In this document: positions 51,247 to 64,000 of the stretch, one piece after another | How positions within the stretch are numbered: the stretch's first letter is position 1 | Layout: each line of letters begins with the position of its first letter | Assembly: GCF_018977255.1 (NCBI RefSeq) | Contig: NW_024704765.1 | Location: 4,154,001 to 4,218,000 of the forward strand | Direction of reading: 5' to 3' | Source of the DNA: Callorhinchus milii | Lineage: Eukaryota | Length of the DNA stretch: 64,000 nucleotides | Position numbers and translations under genes: made by a program | Notes under the pieces: model-generated | Database searches by the model: none | Told to the model about the DNA's origin: nothing | Seen by the model: the letters and a program-made list of their open reading frames with translations, nothing else

Positions 51247-52176
51247 TCCCTCTGTTACTTTAAACCCGAGTCCAGTGTCCAGTGGATGTGCAATGTGCAC
51301 TCCCAGGTGAGCGGTGACAGTGCGGATGGGGTTTATACCCTCCGGGAGCCGGAGTATAAACCCCAGGAGCTATGCAGGAGGATCCTAGAGCAGTTTAAAT
51401 TCGGCCCACGCACTGCATTTTTGTCTTTCTCACTCTCATTTGTCTTTTTTCTCTCCCCCTAATAATTTTCTGTGTCCTTTCACTTTCTAGTTCACCACTG
51501 GGAACACTGCCTCTGGTTGCACACTAGGGTTGTGGGGAATCTGCAGCAAGGCTAATAATAATAAACCTTCAGCTCGCTGAAGGTGGGCCTATAGTCAACA
51601 GTTTGTCCAACCTCAGGGGAAGAATCCCCACTGAGGGCTCTCCCTGCAACAGCAATTTGAAACTGCCCCCCGCCCCCCCCAATAAAATAATCCACCAGAA
51701 GATCCCAGTGCATCTCTGAGTTTCTTTGGGAGAGAGTGAGTGAGTTTGGGAATGAGTGAGTGAATGTAGGAGTGAGCAAGTTTGGGAGCGAGTGAGTTTG
51801 GGAGTGAGTAGGTTTGGAAGGGAGTGGTTGTGGGCGCCAGTGAGTGTGTGCCTTAAAAAAAATATCACAGCAATGAGAGATTTGAGATGTTGCTGCCAGC
51901 CTATTGTGGAAATCCACTTAATGAACGCGTCTCAACTGTAACCGCAGTACTTCCCGTCCTCGACCAACAGAACCATCCCCAATCCCACTCAGGTCTCCTC
52001 ACTGCTGCCTCGGGTCCCTGTCGGTCAGTGCCACCTCACAGCCGTTCGTTTTCCAATCTCACTCCACCCAGCGGAGACGTGGGGTTGAATGGAACCCGGC
52101 CCCAGAGCTGGGTAACTGCACACCTCTTCACCATAGCTTTAGTCTTCCTCCTGCCCAAGTTAGTCTCCAGCATGTA

Positions 52177-52520
52177 GGCCTGTAGCTTTGTGGTTAGAGC
52201 ATTTGCCTAGCAAATGAGAGGACCTGGGTTCAATTCCCGGGCAGGGCAAAATGTTGGGCAAGTTTCCTTACTCCACACACCTCTGTTTACCTAGCAGTAA
52301 GTAGGAACCCGGGGGTACTAATCCCTTCAAACAAACAAACATCAACATTAACAAAATAATAATAATTTGGTCACTCCTCCATGACTGTTTGTGGGACACT
52401 GCTGTGCGCAATTGGCTGCTGCATTTCACCCACAAAATACACAGTCAATTCATTTTACAGTATATTCTGTGAAGCGTTTTGAGGCGGCTCAAAGACATGA
52501 TAAAGCACTGTATCAAACGC
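52177..52520 (+). mobile_element. Full-length tRNA-derived SINE
   Basis: ctgtagctttgtggttagagc..gggttcaattccc..body..gataaagcactgtatcaaacgcaggggttattatt. Confidence 0.85.
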
Positions 52521-52902
52521 AGGGGTTATTATTATTGTTATCACTACTGTCTGTTTTCCCGAAGACCAGCGATCTGAAAACATCCCGAATCTGACTCCAG
52601 TTTGAGTCTAAACCCGTCCCTATTATATTAAGGGTCATTACCTCTGGTAATTGGAGCATCATCTATAATTTACCTAACTGGATGCTTTTGCCAACATTTC
52701 TTAAAAGCAGGTGGAGATGTGACCCGAGGCTAAGTCTTGTGAGCCATGATTTTGTATCAAACACTCGAGGGTTTAACAAGAACCTACCAGATTCATACAC
52801 AGCACCTCGCTGAGGTGTCAGCTTGGTTTGTAAACTCAAAGCCTCAACACAGGGCTTAAACCTATGACCTTCTTACTACGGGCCCCTCTGTTCACTCATT
52901 TG

Positions 52903-53266
52903 TGGAGTCTGTAGTGTATTGATTAGCGCACTCGCTTCACAAGCGAGAGGACCTGGGTTTGATTCTCGGGCAGGGTGAAGCGTTAGGCGAGTTTTCTTAC
53001 TCCACACTCCTCTGTTTACACAGCAGTAAGTAGGAATTCACTTGTTAGTCAATTGGCAGATTGTTTTTCTTTGGGTAATAATCCCTTCAAAAAAAATTTG
53101 GTCACTCATTCCATGACTGTTTGTGGGACGCCGCTGTGCACAATTGGCTGCCGCGTTTTGCCCACAAAATATACAGTCAATTCTCTTTACAGTGTATTCT
53201 GTGAAGTGCTTTGAGACGTCTTAAATATGTTATGAAGCGCTACATCAAATGCAAGAATTATTATTA
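52903..53266 (+). mobile_element. Full-length tRNA-derived SINE
   Basis: tggagtctgtagtg..gggtttgattctc..body..atcaaatgcaagaattattatt. Confidence 0.85.
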
Positions 53267-53989
53267 TTTCTTTCCTGGGAAAGAAGGAATTCCGGTCAGG
53301 CGCTGGGGCCAATCCTGATGAAACGGCACTAAAAATAACGTCCCATTTTCATGAAAGTAGGTTTTCCCTAATTCCCTTTCTGTTAGCCTGTCGCCGAGCT
53401 GTCCCCACGGTAATTGTATTTCTTTTAACCTTGGGAACCCGTGAGGAATAAATCCGGGTCTAATTTGAGTTTTAGATTGAATCTCATTCCCTCCCATCTC
53501 GCTGTCTCTGGCCATCATCAGCTCTCACCGCTCCTTGGCCTATATTATAACGTCAGCGAAAACCAAACTGTCTGAAGCATTTTGGAAAGAAAGAATTTTC
53601 ATTATTATATATATATATATATAAATATAGCACATTATCACACCTTGCCTGCTTCACGGTAATTGCTGGGACTGTAGTGTAGTGACTGTTTGATGGCAAA
53701 AGCAGCAGACATTTGGAGACAGCCGTGAGGTGAATGCCCGCTTTATCTGGATAATTGTTGGTCAGGATACCAGGAAAAACTCTTCTCTTTTCCAACTGTC
53801 TCACAGGATCAAACAGACGGGAGCTCAGCTTAATGTCTCATCCGAAAGGTGACCTTTCCCGACAGTTCAGCGCTCCAACCCCTCACCTGCCCCCAGCGCT
53901 GTGCTGGAGTGTTGGCTTGGAAGGAACACTGTGTTCTGATCCAGAGGCGGGAGAATGAGCTGTGCCAAGCCAGGCCGAACTGAGCCAAA

Positions 53990-54226
53990 TTATTATTATC
54001 ATTTTTTTAAAGGATTACTACCCCCGGAAAAGTGATCTGCCAATTAGATTGACTATCTGTCAATTGGATTGCCAATTCGACTAACAAATGGGTTCCTACT
54101 TACTGCACGGTAAACAGAGGCGTGTGGAATAAGGAGACTTGCCTAACGTTTCGCCCTGTCCAGGAATCGAATCCGGGTCCTCTCGCTTGCGAGCCGTGTG
54201 CTCTAACCACTGAGCTCCAGGACTCC
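53990..54226 (-). mobile_element. 5' portion of tRNA-derived SINE
   Basis: The reverse strand shows tggagtcctggagctcagtggttagagc..gattcgattcc; inverted relative to the 52.2 and 52.9 kb copies. Confidence 0.8.
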
Positions 54227-57200
54227 ATTGTACAATGGAAGCCAGTGCAGGTGCAGAGCTCCGTTTGAAAGGGAGGGAGGCTGCTGTCTAGATTAGCCTG
54301 AGTACTGTCAGGAGATTCGGAGGTGCCTGAGGCACAACTTCTCAGATAAAAACATGCTGCAGATGGAAGCTTTAGTTACATGTTGCCGTAGTGACTGCTG
54401 TCTCCTTCCCTCTTGTTGCTCGGAGTTTTGTCCCCCTGCCATCCAGCAGTCACAGTTGTCAATAATAAAACCCTGGGATTGGCTGGGACCCTGCTATTCA
54501 CCTCCCCGACCTTGGACTGAAAGATGCGAAAGGACTTGGGTTGTGTGGCTTCCCAGCACAGTAATTATCGTGGTGGAAATTTGTGTGTGTGTGTGTGTGT
54601 ACGTCTCCACTGAAGGTTTCTCACAGAGAATCATTGTCAAGTCCACACCCCGATCCCCAAACACACAATGTCCCACGAAGCAGAAGGAGGTTGAGTTGAG
54701 AAAGATACCCGAGAGGTTTTGGTCTATTGTTACAGCAATATGATGCTCGCCTCAGATTTTACAGCGCTTCGCCCGGGCAGCCCCACCATCGACGGTCGGC
54801 CCTTCACTCTCTCTGCCCTCGCCCTTTGGAACTCCACCCCACATCCCCTCCCTTGCCTCCTTCAAGGCACCTCTAAAGACCCTCCTCTTCGACCGCACCT
54901 CCGGCTACCCTCCACACTCTCTGATCCCAATGCCCCCCAGCTCGGATTTAAATCCCTGACTGTCCATCGCCTTGGGACATCATCCTGACGTGAAAGGTGC
55001 TATACAAAAACAATATTGTAACCTCTCTTGTTGCTGAAAGGGCAGCTTGTCCTAAAATCTCACAGCTGAGTTGTTGTTGGCAGGGCATAGCGTAGCGTGA
55101 CAAAGCCCGGGATAGCCTGGTATAGCCCGGCCTGACACAGCGCGGTGCAGTTGGGAGGCAGAGCTGACTGCTGGGTCAGAGTGTGACACAACTGACTGCA
55201 CACTGGTTGTCTCCCTATCTCTCTCGCTGTCTCTTGAGCTACAGCAGGATAAACAGAGGAGGGCAGACGTGCTCACACTGCGTTGCGAGCAGAGAGCTTG
55301 CTCGGGGTTGGCCACGCAGTGACCTCAGCCACACAGACCGTGTGCAAGCCCATCTCAGGGCTTAACCCGGCGTTACTCCTCCTATTTGACTGCTGCACAC
55401 AGATTAGTCTCTCTTTTTTAAACTGTATTCCCAATTTCCTTAACCCCCTCCCTCCCCCACCTCCCCACCCCGCCAGTACTGGTTGTTCATGGCCACAAGG
55501 GGGCGATCTCACCCCTGAGCCAGATGTGAGCGTTCCATTTGGGGCTGTTTCAGTTATAGCAAAGACCAGAGCTCCTAAGTGGGTATTTAACCCTTTATAC
55601 CAGCCGTTGTGTGTTGCTGCTCACTCACTCACTCACTCACTCACTCACTCACTCTCTCTCTCTCATTATCCCTTTTCCATTTGACTAACACCACATTTAG
55701 TTTCTGATTCGCCAAAGGCTGGCGGCTCTCAGCCACTTTTGTCTTACAGTTTCGTGTCGTACATGGTTTTAGGAAAATTTAATTTAATTTGTTAATTAGA
55801 AGCCGGTTTACAAGATGAACTGTGGCCAAACCGGATTCAGACCGAATTTAAGGATTCTTTTTGGAGGCAAAATGGTCTCCAGGCTACGATTAGGTAAAAT
55901 TCGGGCAACGAGATAGGAATGCCGTCTGACAGTGACGCTCGTTCGTGGGACTGTTTTTCAGGCAATTCTCACCCACAAAACACACAGTCACTCCACTATC
56001 CTGAGAAGCGCATTGAGACGTCTCAACAACGTAATAAGGCTCCGTATCAAATGCAAGGATTATTATCATTAATTTAATGAGTCTTAATTAATTTTCTAAT
56101 CTTCTCCCCACTAGCACACACCTGCCTACTCCCAGTCTTACCCTCCGATTACCCCACCTCCCCCCCTGCGACCATTGGCGTGTGTGAACCTGGGCACTCT
56201 GTGTCGGCAGAACACGCACCTGAAGCCGAGTCGGACAGACATCTCTCCACCAGATGTCACACCCAGGCACAAAATCAGCCCAGGGACCCGCAACAGGAGA
56301 CCTGTCTGCTTTTCTTCTTCCTGAACCCTGGGATCCGAACCAATCCGGTGTCAGTCGATTGGCGGATTGCTTTTCCGGGGATAATAATTAATCCCTTAAA
56401 AATTATATTAAAGAAATTCAACCCATGACTGTTTGCGGGGACGCTGCTGTGCACAATTGGCTGCCGTGTTTCGCCCACAAAATATACAGTGAATTCACTT
56501 TACGGTATATCCTGTGAAGCGCTTTGAGGCGTCTCGAAGACGTGATAAGGCGCTGTATCAAAGGCAAGGATTATTATCATGATTATTATTATTATTATTA
56601 TTATTATTATCTGAGTTCATGGCTGGTGAGCCACCTAGCAGCAGAGTACAGGTACTGCAGCAGCTAAGGTTTAAACACACAACACAACGCAACGGTCTGT
56701 TTGCTCGGCTCAGCAGTTGGAGCTGTAGATTCCCCGATAAGAGCGGTGCCAACTGGAGAGTGAACCTAAAATAACACCTGCGCTGTGCAAAGGTGGAGAC
56801 TGACACACAGACAGACACGCAGCCCACAGCACAGGGTAAGTCAGACATTCACAACTTCGCTCCATGAGAAAAGATTGGAAACTTTCTCCTAAAAAAAATC
56901 CCAAAAATCAAATACGGTTTTGTTTTGTTTTGCGCACACCTTAAGCATAATTCTCTGAGCAGTGTCAGAGGTCATGTGAGGTGCAGCGAGGTGCAGCGAG
57001 GAGGAGAGGTCAGTATCATGGTTGGGGGTGGGGGGGCTGACTACTAACTGGAGGGTCTGGGGGGAGCCCTAAGGGTGTGGAGCTTTCTGAGTGCGTTCTG
57101 CTGCAAGCTGGGGGGAAAGTTGGTTCAACCTTTCTTCCCCACCCTTTGGACCTGCATCCCACAGCCCCTCCGCCTCGTCCCCTTCCTTGCCTCCCCACAA

Positions 57201-58897
57201 GGCCCACCTCAAGACCCTCTTCGACCATAGTTTCAGTCACCCTCTTACCCCCCACGTTCCCTGTCCTTGACTGTCCATCACCTTGGGATGTCCTCCCGGA
57301 ATGATAGTCATGTAATTTGTTATGTTGTTCCTCTGCCCGGTGCACACAGTAATGACAGTATTCATGTTCTCAGGTCTCAACCTGGCTCAGTGTCTCGCCT
57401 CTGTGTTAGAAGGCTGTGGGTTCAAGCCAGGAGGTCACAGATCAGCCTGACACTCCAGCGCAGCGCTGGGGGGGAGGTGGCTGGGGGTAGCTCTACATTG
57501 TCAGAAGTGCCCTTCATTTGCCTTTGTTTACCCAGTAGGAACCCGGCTGTTAGTCGATTGGTGGATCACTTTTCCGAGGGTAATAATTCCTTCGAAAAAT
57601 AATAATAATAAATTGGTCACTAAATCCACGACTGTTTGTGGGACACTGCTGTGCACAATTGGCTGCCGTGTTTCACCCACAACATGTACAGTCATTTCGA
57701 TTTACAGTATATTCTGTGAAGCGCTTTGAGACGTCTTGAAGACGTAGTAAGGCCCTATGCCAAATGCAAGGATTATTATCATTATTACTCTTCCGATGAG
57801 ATGTTAAACCTCATTCCATCCCATTCTATTCAGGTGGACATCCAACATCCAGCAATCTATCGGAAATGAGACGGTTGTTTCTCCTGGCCACCTTAACAGT
57901 CAACCAACTGAGCAGCCAGACAGGACCTGCGTTTAGCTGTGTTTAGCCACTGGGAGAGACTGTGGTTCGTTCTGAGCAAACACTGGCACACAGAGCTACA
58001 TATGCAGGCGTTTGGAGACTCACTGCGGTCAGTGTGACCTCAGACACACTGAGTTGAGTTTTCTGCTCCAGCCAAGAACCGGCTCCCAGCTGCTTCCCAG
58101 CCCGGAGCTCAGTGACTTTCTCTCACAGCCAGAAGCTGGGAAGCTACGTCTCCGGAGCTGACGTGGTCAGAGCAGAGCAGGTACACACTGGGCTCAACCC
58201 CCAACTGTGCCTACATTTCTTATCCCACCCGTACCCCACACACACTCACTCTCATTGGGAGGGACTGGATTCTCTGTAGTGGGTCTCTCCCTCGGGGGTG
58301 GGGGTTGTCGTGGGGAGGGAGTTCGGAGGGGTTGGGGGGTGGTTCTGTTGGAGGGGGAGCAAGGGTCTGGCTGTCAGGTTCAGTGAGAGTAAGTTGACCT
58401 CAGCCTGGATGTTATCGATCAGCCTCAGCACCTCCTGGGCTGGGAACGTCACACCGGCTTGGTTGTTCCCCATTGCTGCCTAACGATACCCCCTTTGTAC
58501 CTTTTCCATTCTCCCCCCCCTCCCTCTGTCCCGTCCGCCCACCCCAGCTCCGCATCTCCCCGTGTGACATTGGGCGTGACATGAGCAGTGAGGCAGGGAC
58601 TGGCTGTGGTGATGTTGAGGCCGGGCGGAGGTGCTGGTGATCGGAGCTGGGAACTGGGAGCACGTTTATTCCCAATTCTCTGAGGATTTCCCAGAGTAGA
58701 TGAAGGTAGGTCACAAAATATTTGGTAAATTCTGACTCGGCATCAGGCTCTGCCACTGTCATTCTCTCCTGAGTGAAGGCCGCTATATAGATGCAACTTA
58801 CTGTTGTTGTCAGTCTTGGGCACCAGAGAGGTTGTCTCCATGACACCCTTCCCCCACCTCTGCCTGAGCTCACTCAGTGTTACCTGTTGCCTGTAGT

Positions 58898-59275
58898 ATG
58901 GAGGCTTGTAGCTTAGTGGTTAGCGCACTCCCTTCGCAAGTGAGATGGCATAGGTTCGATTCCCAGTTGGGTAAGTTTGCTTACTCCACAGGCCTGTGTT
59001 TACCAAGTAGTAACTAGGAACCCGGTTGTTAGTCGATTGGAGAATAGGATTTCCAGGAGTAATAATCCCTTGAAAAATAATAATAATAATGATAATAATT
59101 TGGTCGCTCAATCCACGACTGTTTGTGGGACATTGCTGTGTGCAATGGGCTGCTGTTGTTTCGCCCACAAAACATACAGTCACTACGCTTTACAGTATTA
59201 TCCTGTGAAGCGCTTTTAAACATCTCGAAGATGTGATAAGTTGCTATATCAAATGCAAGGATTATTATTATCATT
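58898..59275 (+). mobile_element. Full-length tRNA-derived SINE in pseudogene intron 1
   Basis: gtagcttagtggttagcgc..ggttcgattccc..body..atcaaatgcaaggattattatt. Confidence 0.85.
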
Positions 59276-61063
59276 GTTACCTATCCCCAGGTGAGAGGCT
59301 AACTATTGAGGTAGCTGAAGTCCCTGCGCTCACACAGAAATTGATTCGGTTGAATTCTGCAGCTGTGCTGTGATGTTTACTTTCACAGTTGGCGCTGCAC
59401 ACAGCAGCTCTGGGACTTGTTTACCTCAGAGCCTTTTGTCCGTGTTGCCCTACTTGTGCACTGATAAACTATTTCCTGTCTTAATCATTTGTTTTCAGTT
59501 AATGTCCTTTGTTTGAAGAGCTGACATTTCTCAAACTAAGGTACTAAAGATAGGCATGTGATAAGATCAGCTCCTTGGTGTTCAAAGTTGTCTGAACTGC
59601 CCTGGACATCTGACTTTCTCTCTTTTACACTTTCTTTTTCACACTCTCACACACTCGCTCTCGATCTAAATGAAATTAGCGGCGTTTTGTAACACTTTGC
59701 TTGTGATAATCATGGAAAGGAATGGTTTATATCACATTGATTTCTCATGGCCTTTCCCGGCATGTTTCTACAGCTCTCATAAAAGTCCCCGGGTTTACAC
59801 AGGGCTTGGATCCGGTGTGGTTGGTGAATTGGGTGTCTAACCTGGTGATGTCTAGTGCAGGTGATGTGGATGGCGGACTATCGGCTTGTGGCCAGGACCA
59901 GCCTCCAGTGTTGATATGCATCGCTGACGACAACATCTTTCAGGGTGAGCCTGGCAGCCCAGTGGTGGAAGGGAGGGGGCTCCGGGCATTCCCAGGGCTG
60001 CACTCCTTGTGACACATCACCTGCCTGGTTATTGGAGGGGGGGTGGGTGGTGTTGCCCTGTCCGTCCCCCCCGCACCGGCCTTGCTTGTGCCCTGGTCTT
60101 GTCCCCCAGCACTCCGGTTGCTCTTCAATGTCTAGACCGAGGCCTGTGTAAGCACTGCTCACTAACGCCGCTTGTGTCACTGTGATGGCAGATTGGATGG
60201 AAGAAGCTGCACGGGAGAGGTTTGCTGATGCCATGATCATTACCACCCCTGACCGGCTGCACAAGGTACAGTGAGGCGGGGAGGTGGGCAGGGCAAGCTG
60301 GGGTGGGGGCAAGCTGGGTGAGGGGGTGGGGTAAGTGAGATGGGAATGCATGTTCTGTGCGTGCCATGTGTTTGTTGATGTTGTTGTGGTTGTTGTTGTG
60401 TTTGTTATTGATGTTGTTGATGCTGTTGTTGTTCCTGTACATGCTGAATGGCGGCAGTCTGGGAGCTCAGCGATCACTGTGTTTGCTGTTGTACAGGAGT
60501 TGGCCGTGGCGTTTGCTGGGAAAGGTTACCACGTCCTGCTGGAGAAGCCAATGGCGGTGAGTCAGCCACTGAACGTCAGGCACTCAGTGGCGCATGTCTG
60601 CCTGTCATCACTTTGGGGTGGTGGTGGGGGGTGGTGAGAGGGGTGGGGGAGCGGAAAGAGATGGGCGAGGTGGGGGGTGGAGCTGGGGGTAGGGGACACG
60701 GAGGGAGGAGCAGAGAGCAGGAGGCTGAGCGCAGTGTGTTCGAGTGGCAGAGAACGGCCCTCAGTCTATGACATCAACGTTGGGCTGAACTCTACCTATA
60801 AATGGGGATTTGTTCACTCCCCGAACTGCACTCAACCCCTCAGCGTCTGTTTGGACTCGGTACAAATCTGTATTTGTGTATTTTAGCTTCACTCAATTCA
60901 GTTTGTTTGGACCAAGTCCACAATCCATGCCAGAGAGTGACCGGCTTCAGCTGTAGTGTGCAGATTGATTGGATCTTGGATATACAACCCACCTCATGTA
61001 TGTGTGTGTGTGTGTGTGTGCCCTGTGTATGTGTGTGTGTAAACTGAGTGGGTATGCGAGTAA

Positions 61064-61343
61064 ATAATAATAATAATCCTTGCATTTGAAATAGCGCTTT
61101 TCAAGTCTTTTAGATGTCTCAAAGCGCTTCACAGAATATGCTGTAAAGTGAATTGACTGTATATTTGTGGGCGAACGCGGCAGCCAATTGTGCACAGCAA
61201 TGTCTCACAAACAGTCATGGCAATTTATTATTGTTTTTTGTTTTGGAGGGATTATTATTAGGCTCTGTGTGGATAAGCCTGGAACTGAACCCAGGTGTCT
61301 TGCTTGCAAGGCAAATGCTCTAACCACTGAGCTACAGGGCTCC
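61064..61343 (-). mobile_element. tRNA-derived SINE (internally deleted)
   Basis: Head and tail of the family on the minus strand. Further partial copies at approximately 1615-1790, 2345-2460, 8545-8640, 12297-12400, 14190-14300, 14850-15085, 19086-19333, 20014-20210, 23150-23262, 28843-29040, 32012-32255, 55945-56070, 56345-56610, 57525-57787 and 62070-62200. Confidence 0.8.
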
Positions 61344-64000
61344 ACAGTGTGCATGTGTGCAATTACGTGCGCGTGTGCACAAGTGGCTGCTGCGTGCGCT
61401 CTGCGTGATGAGTGTGTATGCAAGTGCGCGTATGCGTGTGCATGTGTATGCACTCTGCTTTTTCAGTGTGGTGAACATGATGTTAAGGTCAATCTGAAGC
61501 CGTGCCTGTTACTGTGAGTGTCTGACAGGTTTGGTTTGTGTGTGTGCATGTGTGTGTGTGTTGACAGGTGACGGTGGAGGATTGCCAGCAGATTGTCTGT
61601 GTGTCGGGCGAGCGGAGTGCTATTAGCCATATGCCACGTGCTCAGGTACTCGCCTGCCTTCCTGAAAATACAGGTGAGTGCAGGAGCCATGTGATCAAGG
61701 TCAGTAACTCACATGCCTCAGCACATCCCAATCGTGGACAGATTTAGTGGTTGTGTAATTGACTGTGGTAGCCATCTTACGAGCATATAGGATCAGGAGT
61801 AGGCCATTCAGCCCCTCAAGCCTGTTCCGCTATTCTATAAGATCATGGCTGATCTGGACCTCAAATCCAATGACCTGTCCTTACCCCACACCTTAATACC
61901 CTTTACCTAATAAATATCAATCCACCTCAGTCTTCAAAATATTGCATTTTTCGAATAGCAAACAATCAGAATGTGAATGATCAGTTTTACGTGGAGGATT
62001 GTTGGCCAGGACACTGGGGAGTGAGAGAGAAACAACCTTCTCTTCTTATTGTGATTCCACATTTATAATAATAATCATAATAATCGTTGCATTTCATACA
62101 GCGTCTTATCATGTCTTCCAAATGTCTCAAATCACTGCACAGAATATACTGTAAAGTGAGTTGACTGTGGATTTTGTGGGTGAAATCCGGCAGCCAATTA
62201 TAATGATAACATCTTGAACAGGCACAACAAGACCTGGGTTGAATGTATAGATACAAGGAGGAAAGAGCAATAGGAATAGGATTAGCATAAGAGAGCTGTA
62301 GTGGGATTGAGCTCTGACACCTTGACAATAGGCCGAATGATGTCCTCCAGCGATTTCTCTGGGTGGAGTGTGTGCCCCTCCCTGAGCTGTATTAGCGCAG
62401 AGTGTGTGGTGCTGTCGAGCTAGAAGCAAATTCTCACCCTTGACTGTCCAGTGCCTGGGGACGCCCTCCCGATGGGAACTGTCTCCCTCATACCCTCTGC
62501 CTTGCCCCCTTCCCTCCCCACTTTCAAATCCTACCTAAAGAGCTTTCTTGATCGTTCTTACAGTCACCTCGCCGCCTCCCTCTCCCCCTGGCTCGGGGTC
62601 AGACTGCGACACTGCAAAGCGCTTCGGGACCCTACCCTGCGTGAAGGGCGCTATATAAAATGCTGTTGTTGTTGTTGTTGAAAAAATGGCACTGTGTAAA
62701 TGCAATTTGTTGTTGTTGTTCTGGGAAGGTTGACAGATGCCGATCGTGTAACCTGGGGCAGCTGCTCAATCCCTATTGCAGGGTGTTTCTATCTTGAATC
62801 TGTTACACACCACTGAGTGATACAGTAAATACCAGATTAACGTATTTCCCTTCAAACCAGTTTCACTGCATTATGAAGCAGTGCTGAGCTGAGCTGAGCT
62901 AACCTCACCTCCGTGAACTTCAGTCATTTTTAGATTGTAATTTAAGAAGTGAAACTGTTTGTATTGAGAGCTTTGTGATAAATCCCCTCCAGTTAAATGC
63001 CGTGGCACCGAGCCATTGGGTAGAGAGACTGTAACATGTCTGCAAGTGCGGAACCCAAATTATGATCACAGTAATACAGTGTGAATCAGCACCTGGAACC
63101 TCGAGGCTGTCTTTTGAGGTGGTGGGGGTTGGGGAGGGCTGACTCTCTGGGCGCGGGAGGGGGGGCTGTCTCTCTGGGGGGGTCTCTCTGGGGGGGCTGT
63201 CTCGGTGGGGGGTGGCAGTGGAGTGGGGGAAGAGTTGCATTGCTGAAGGTGTTGTCCTTCTGGTGAGACATTAAGCTGAACCATGTCAACCTATTAAAGA
63301 TCCCACAACACTATTGGGTTTGAGTTGTCGCCTGAGGACAGGCTGCTGTCAGCATTTTGGGACATCTTCCTGTCACGAAAGGTGCTATACAAATGTAATT
63401 TGTTGTTGTTGTTGCTGGCCTCAGCATGTGCGAGACGCCGCTGGCACACACCGCTCACTGCCTTTCCCCACCAAGCAATCACCTCATTCACATCACTGTT
63501 AAGGAATCTCTGGAAAGCTCTTACATATGTGTGTTTCATGGAGAAGAAATGTGAGGTGTGCGTGTGTGTGTCTGTTTGTGTACCCGGGGCCTTGGTGGCT
63601 CAAAATTACTTGTAACCCTCCTGCAGCACGGCTACCTGAGCATTCAGTCGTAACAGCTGCAGACTCAAGTCGGAGGTGAGCCGGGGGCTGGGTGTGAGGC
63701 AGAGACCCTGAGGCCTGTCTCCCTCCCACCCCCAGCCTTCTTGCCCCGCATTGTCCTATGGAACTCATGTAGAATTCCACCCGTTCTCAAAAGAGGCAAT
63801 TTGGGATTTACTCAGTCAGAAAGTTGCTTCAAATAACAAAAGGGACACTGTTTCTTCAAGGCTAATGGTTTGATGTAAAGGCTGCAGTAAATGTGATTGC
63901 TTCCAGCTGTTTGAAGCTTTCCCATGGAGCGGAGGGTAAGAGCCAGGCAGGAAGTGTTTGTTTGACTGAACTGACTGACTGATAGCTCAGAAATCCAACA

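Larger units (their letters stand above)
58612..61673 (+). pseudogene. Unprocessed pseudogene of a Gfo/Idh/MocA-family (YteT-like) NAD(P)-dependent oxidoreductase
   Basis: Exon remnants: ~58612-58705 (VLVIGAGNWEHVYSQFSEDFPE*MK, TAG 58697); 59861-59944 (VMWMADYRLVARTSLQC*/IADDNIFQ, TGA 59912 plus frameshift); 60192-60265 (DWMEEAARERFADAMIITTPDRLHK); 60497-60556 (ELAVAFAGKGYHVLLEKPMA); 61568-61673 (VTVEDCQQIV/CRASGVLLAICHVLRYSPAFLKIQ, 106 nt, frameshift). Rossmann GAG motif and the family EKP motif are present. Confidence 0.8.

Noticed and set aside
47336-51462. Long ORFs (300-629 aa) rich in P/H/T or G/V/C
   Set aside because: Open in several frames on both strands only because the tandem repeats lack stop codons; no splice or domain evidence.
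53310-53365. CTGATGA...GAAA resembling a hammerhead ribozyme core or C/D box
   Set aside because: The required stem II and flanking helices could not be formed, and there is no terminal stem or D box in a suitable position.

Overview
Eukaryotic (vertebrate) genomic DNA, not microbial. The repeat content (tRNA-head SINE with ATT tail, L2 and CR1 LINE ends, Deu-domain SINEs) suggests a cartilaginous fish, probably a chimaera such as Callorhinchus milii; this is an inference. Splicing exons by hand gives four intact genes: a 6-exon TAS1R-family class C GPCR (+, 837 aa), ERRFI1/MIG6 (-, ~429 aa), SLC45A1 (+, 733 aa) and a 5-exon prothymosin/parathymosin-family gene (-, 128 aa) with a CCAAT-rich CpG-island promoter. 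An intron-retaining Gfo/Idh/MocA (YteT-like) oxidoreductase pseudogene with stops and frameshifts lies at ~58.6-61.7 kb. The rest is SINE/LINE fragments, minisatellites and two N gaps. Most ORFs in the supplied track are spurious. The most interesting candidates are a possible third prothymosin-family ohnolog sitting where RERE lies in mammals, the decayed oxidoreductase, and a non-mammalian-type TAS1R with a 13-aa internal duplication.
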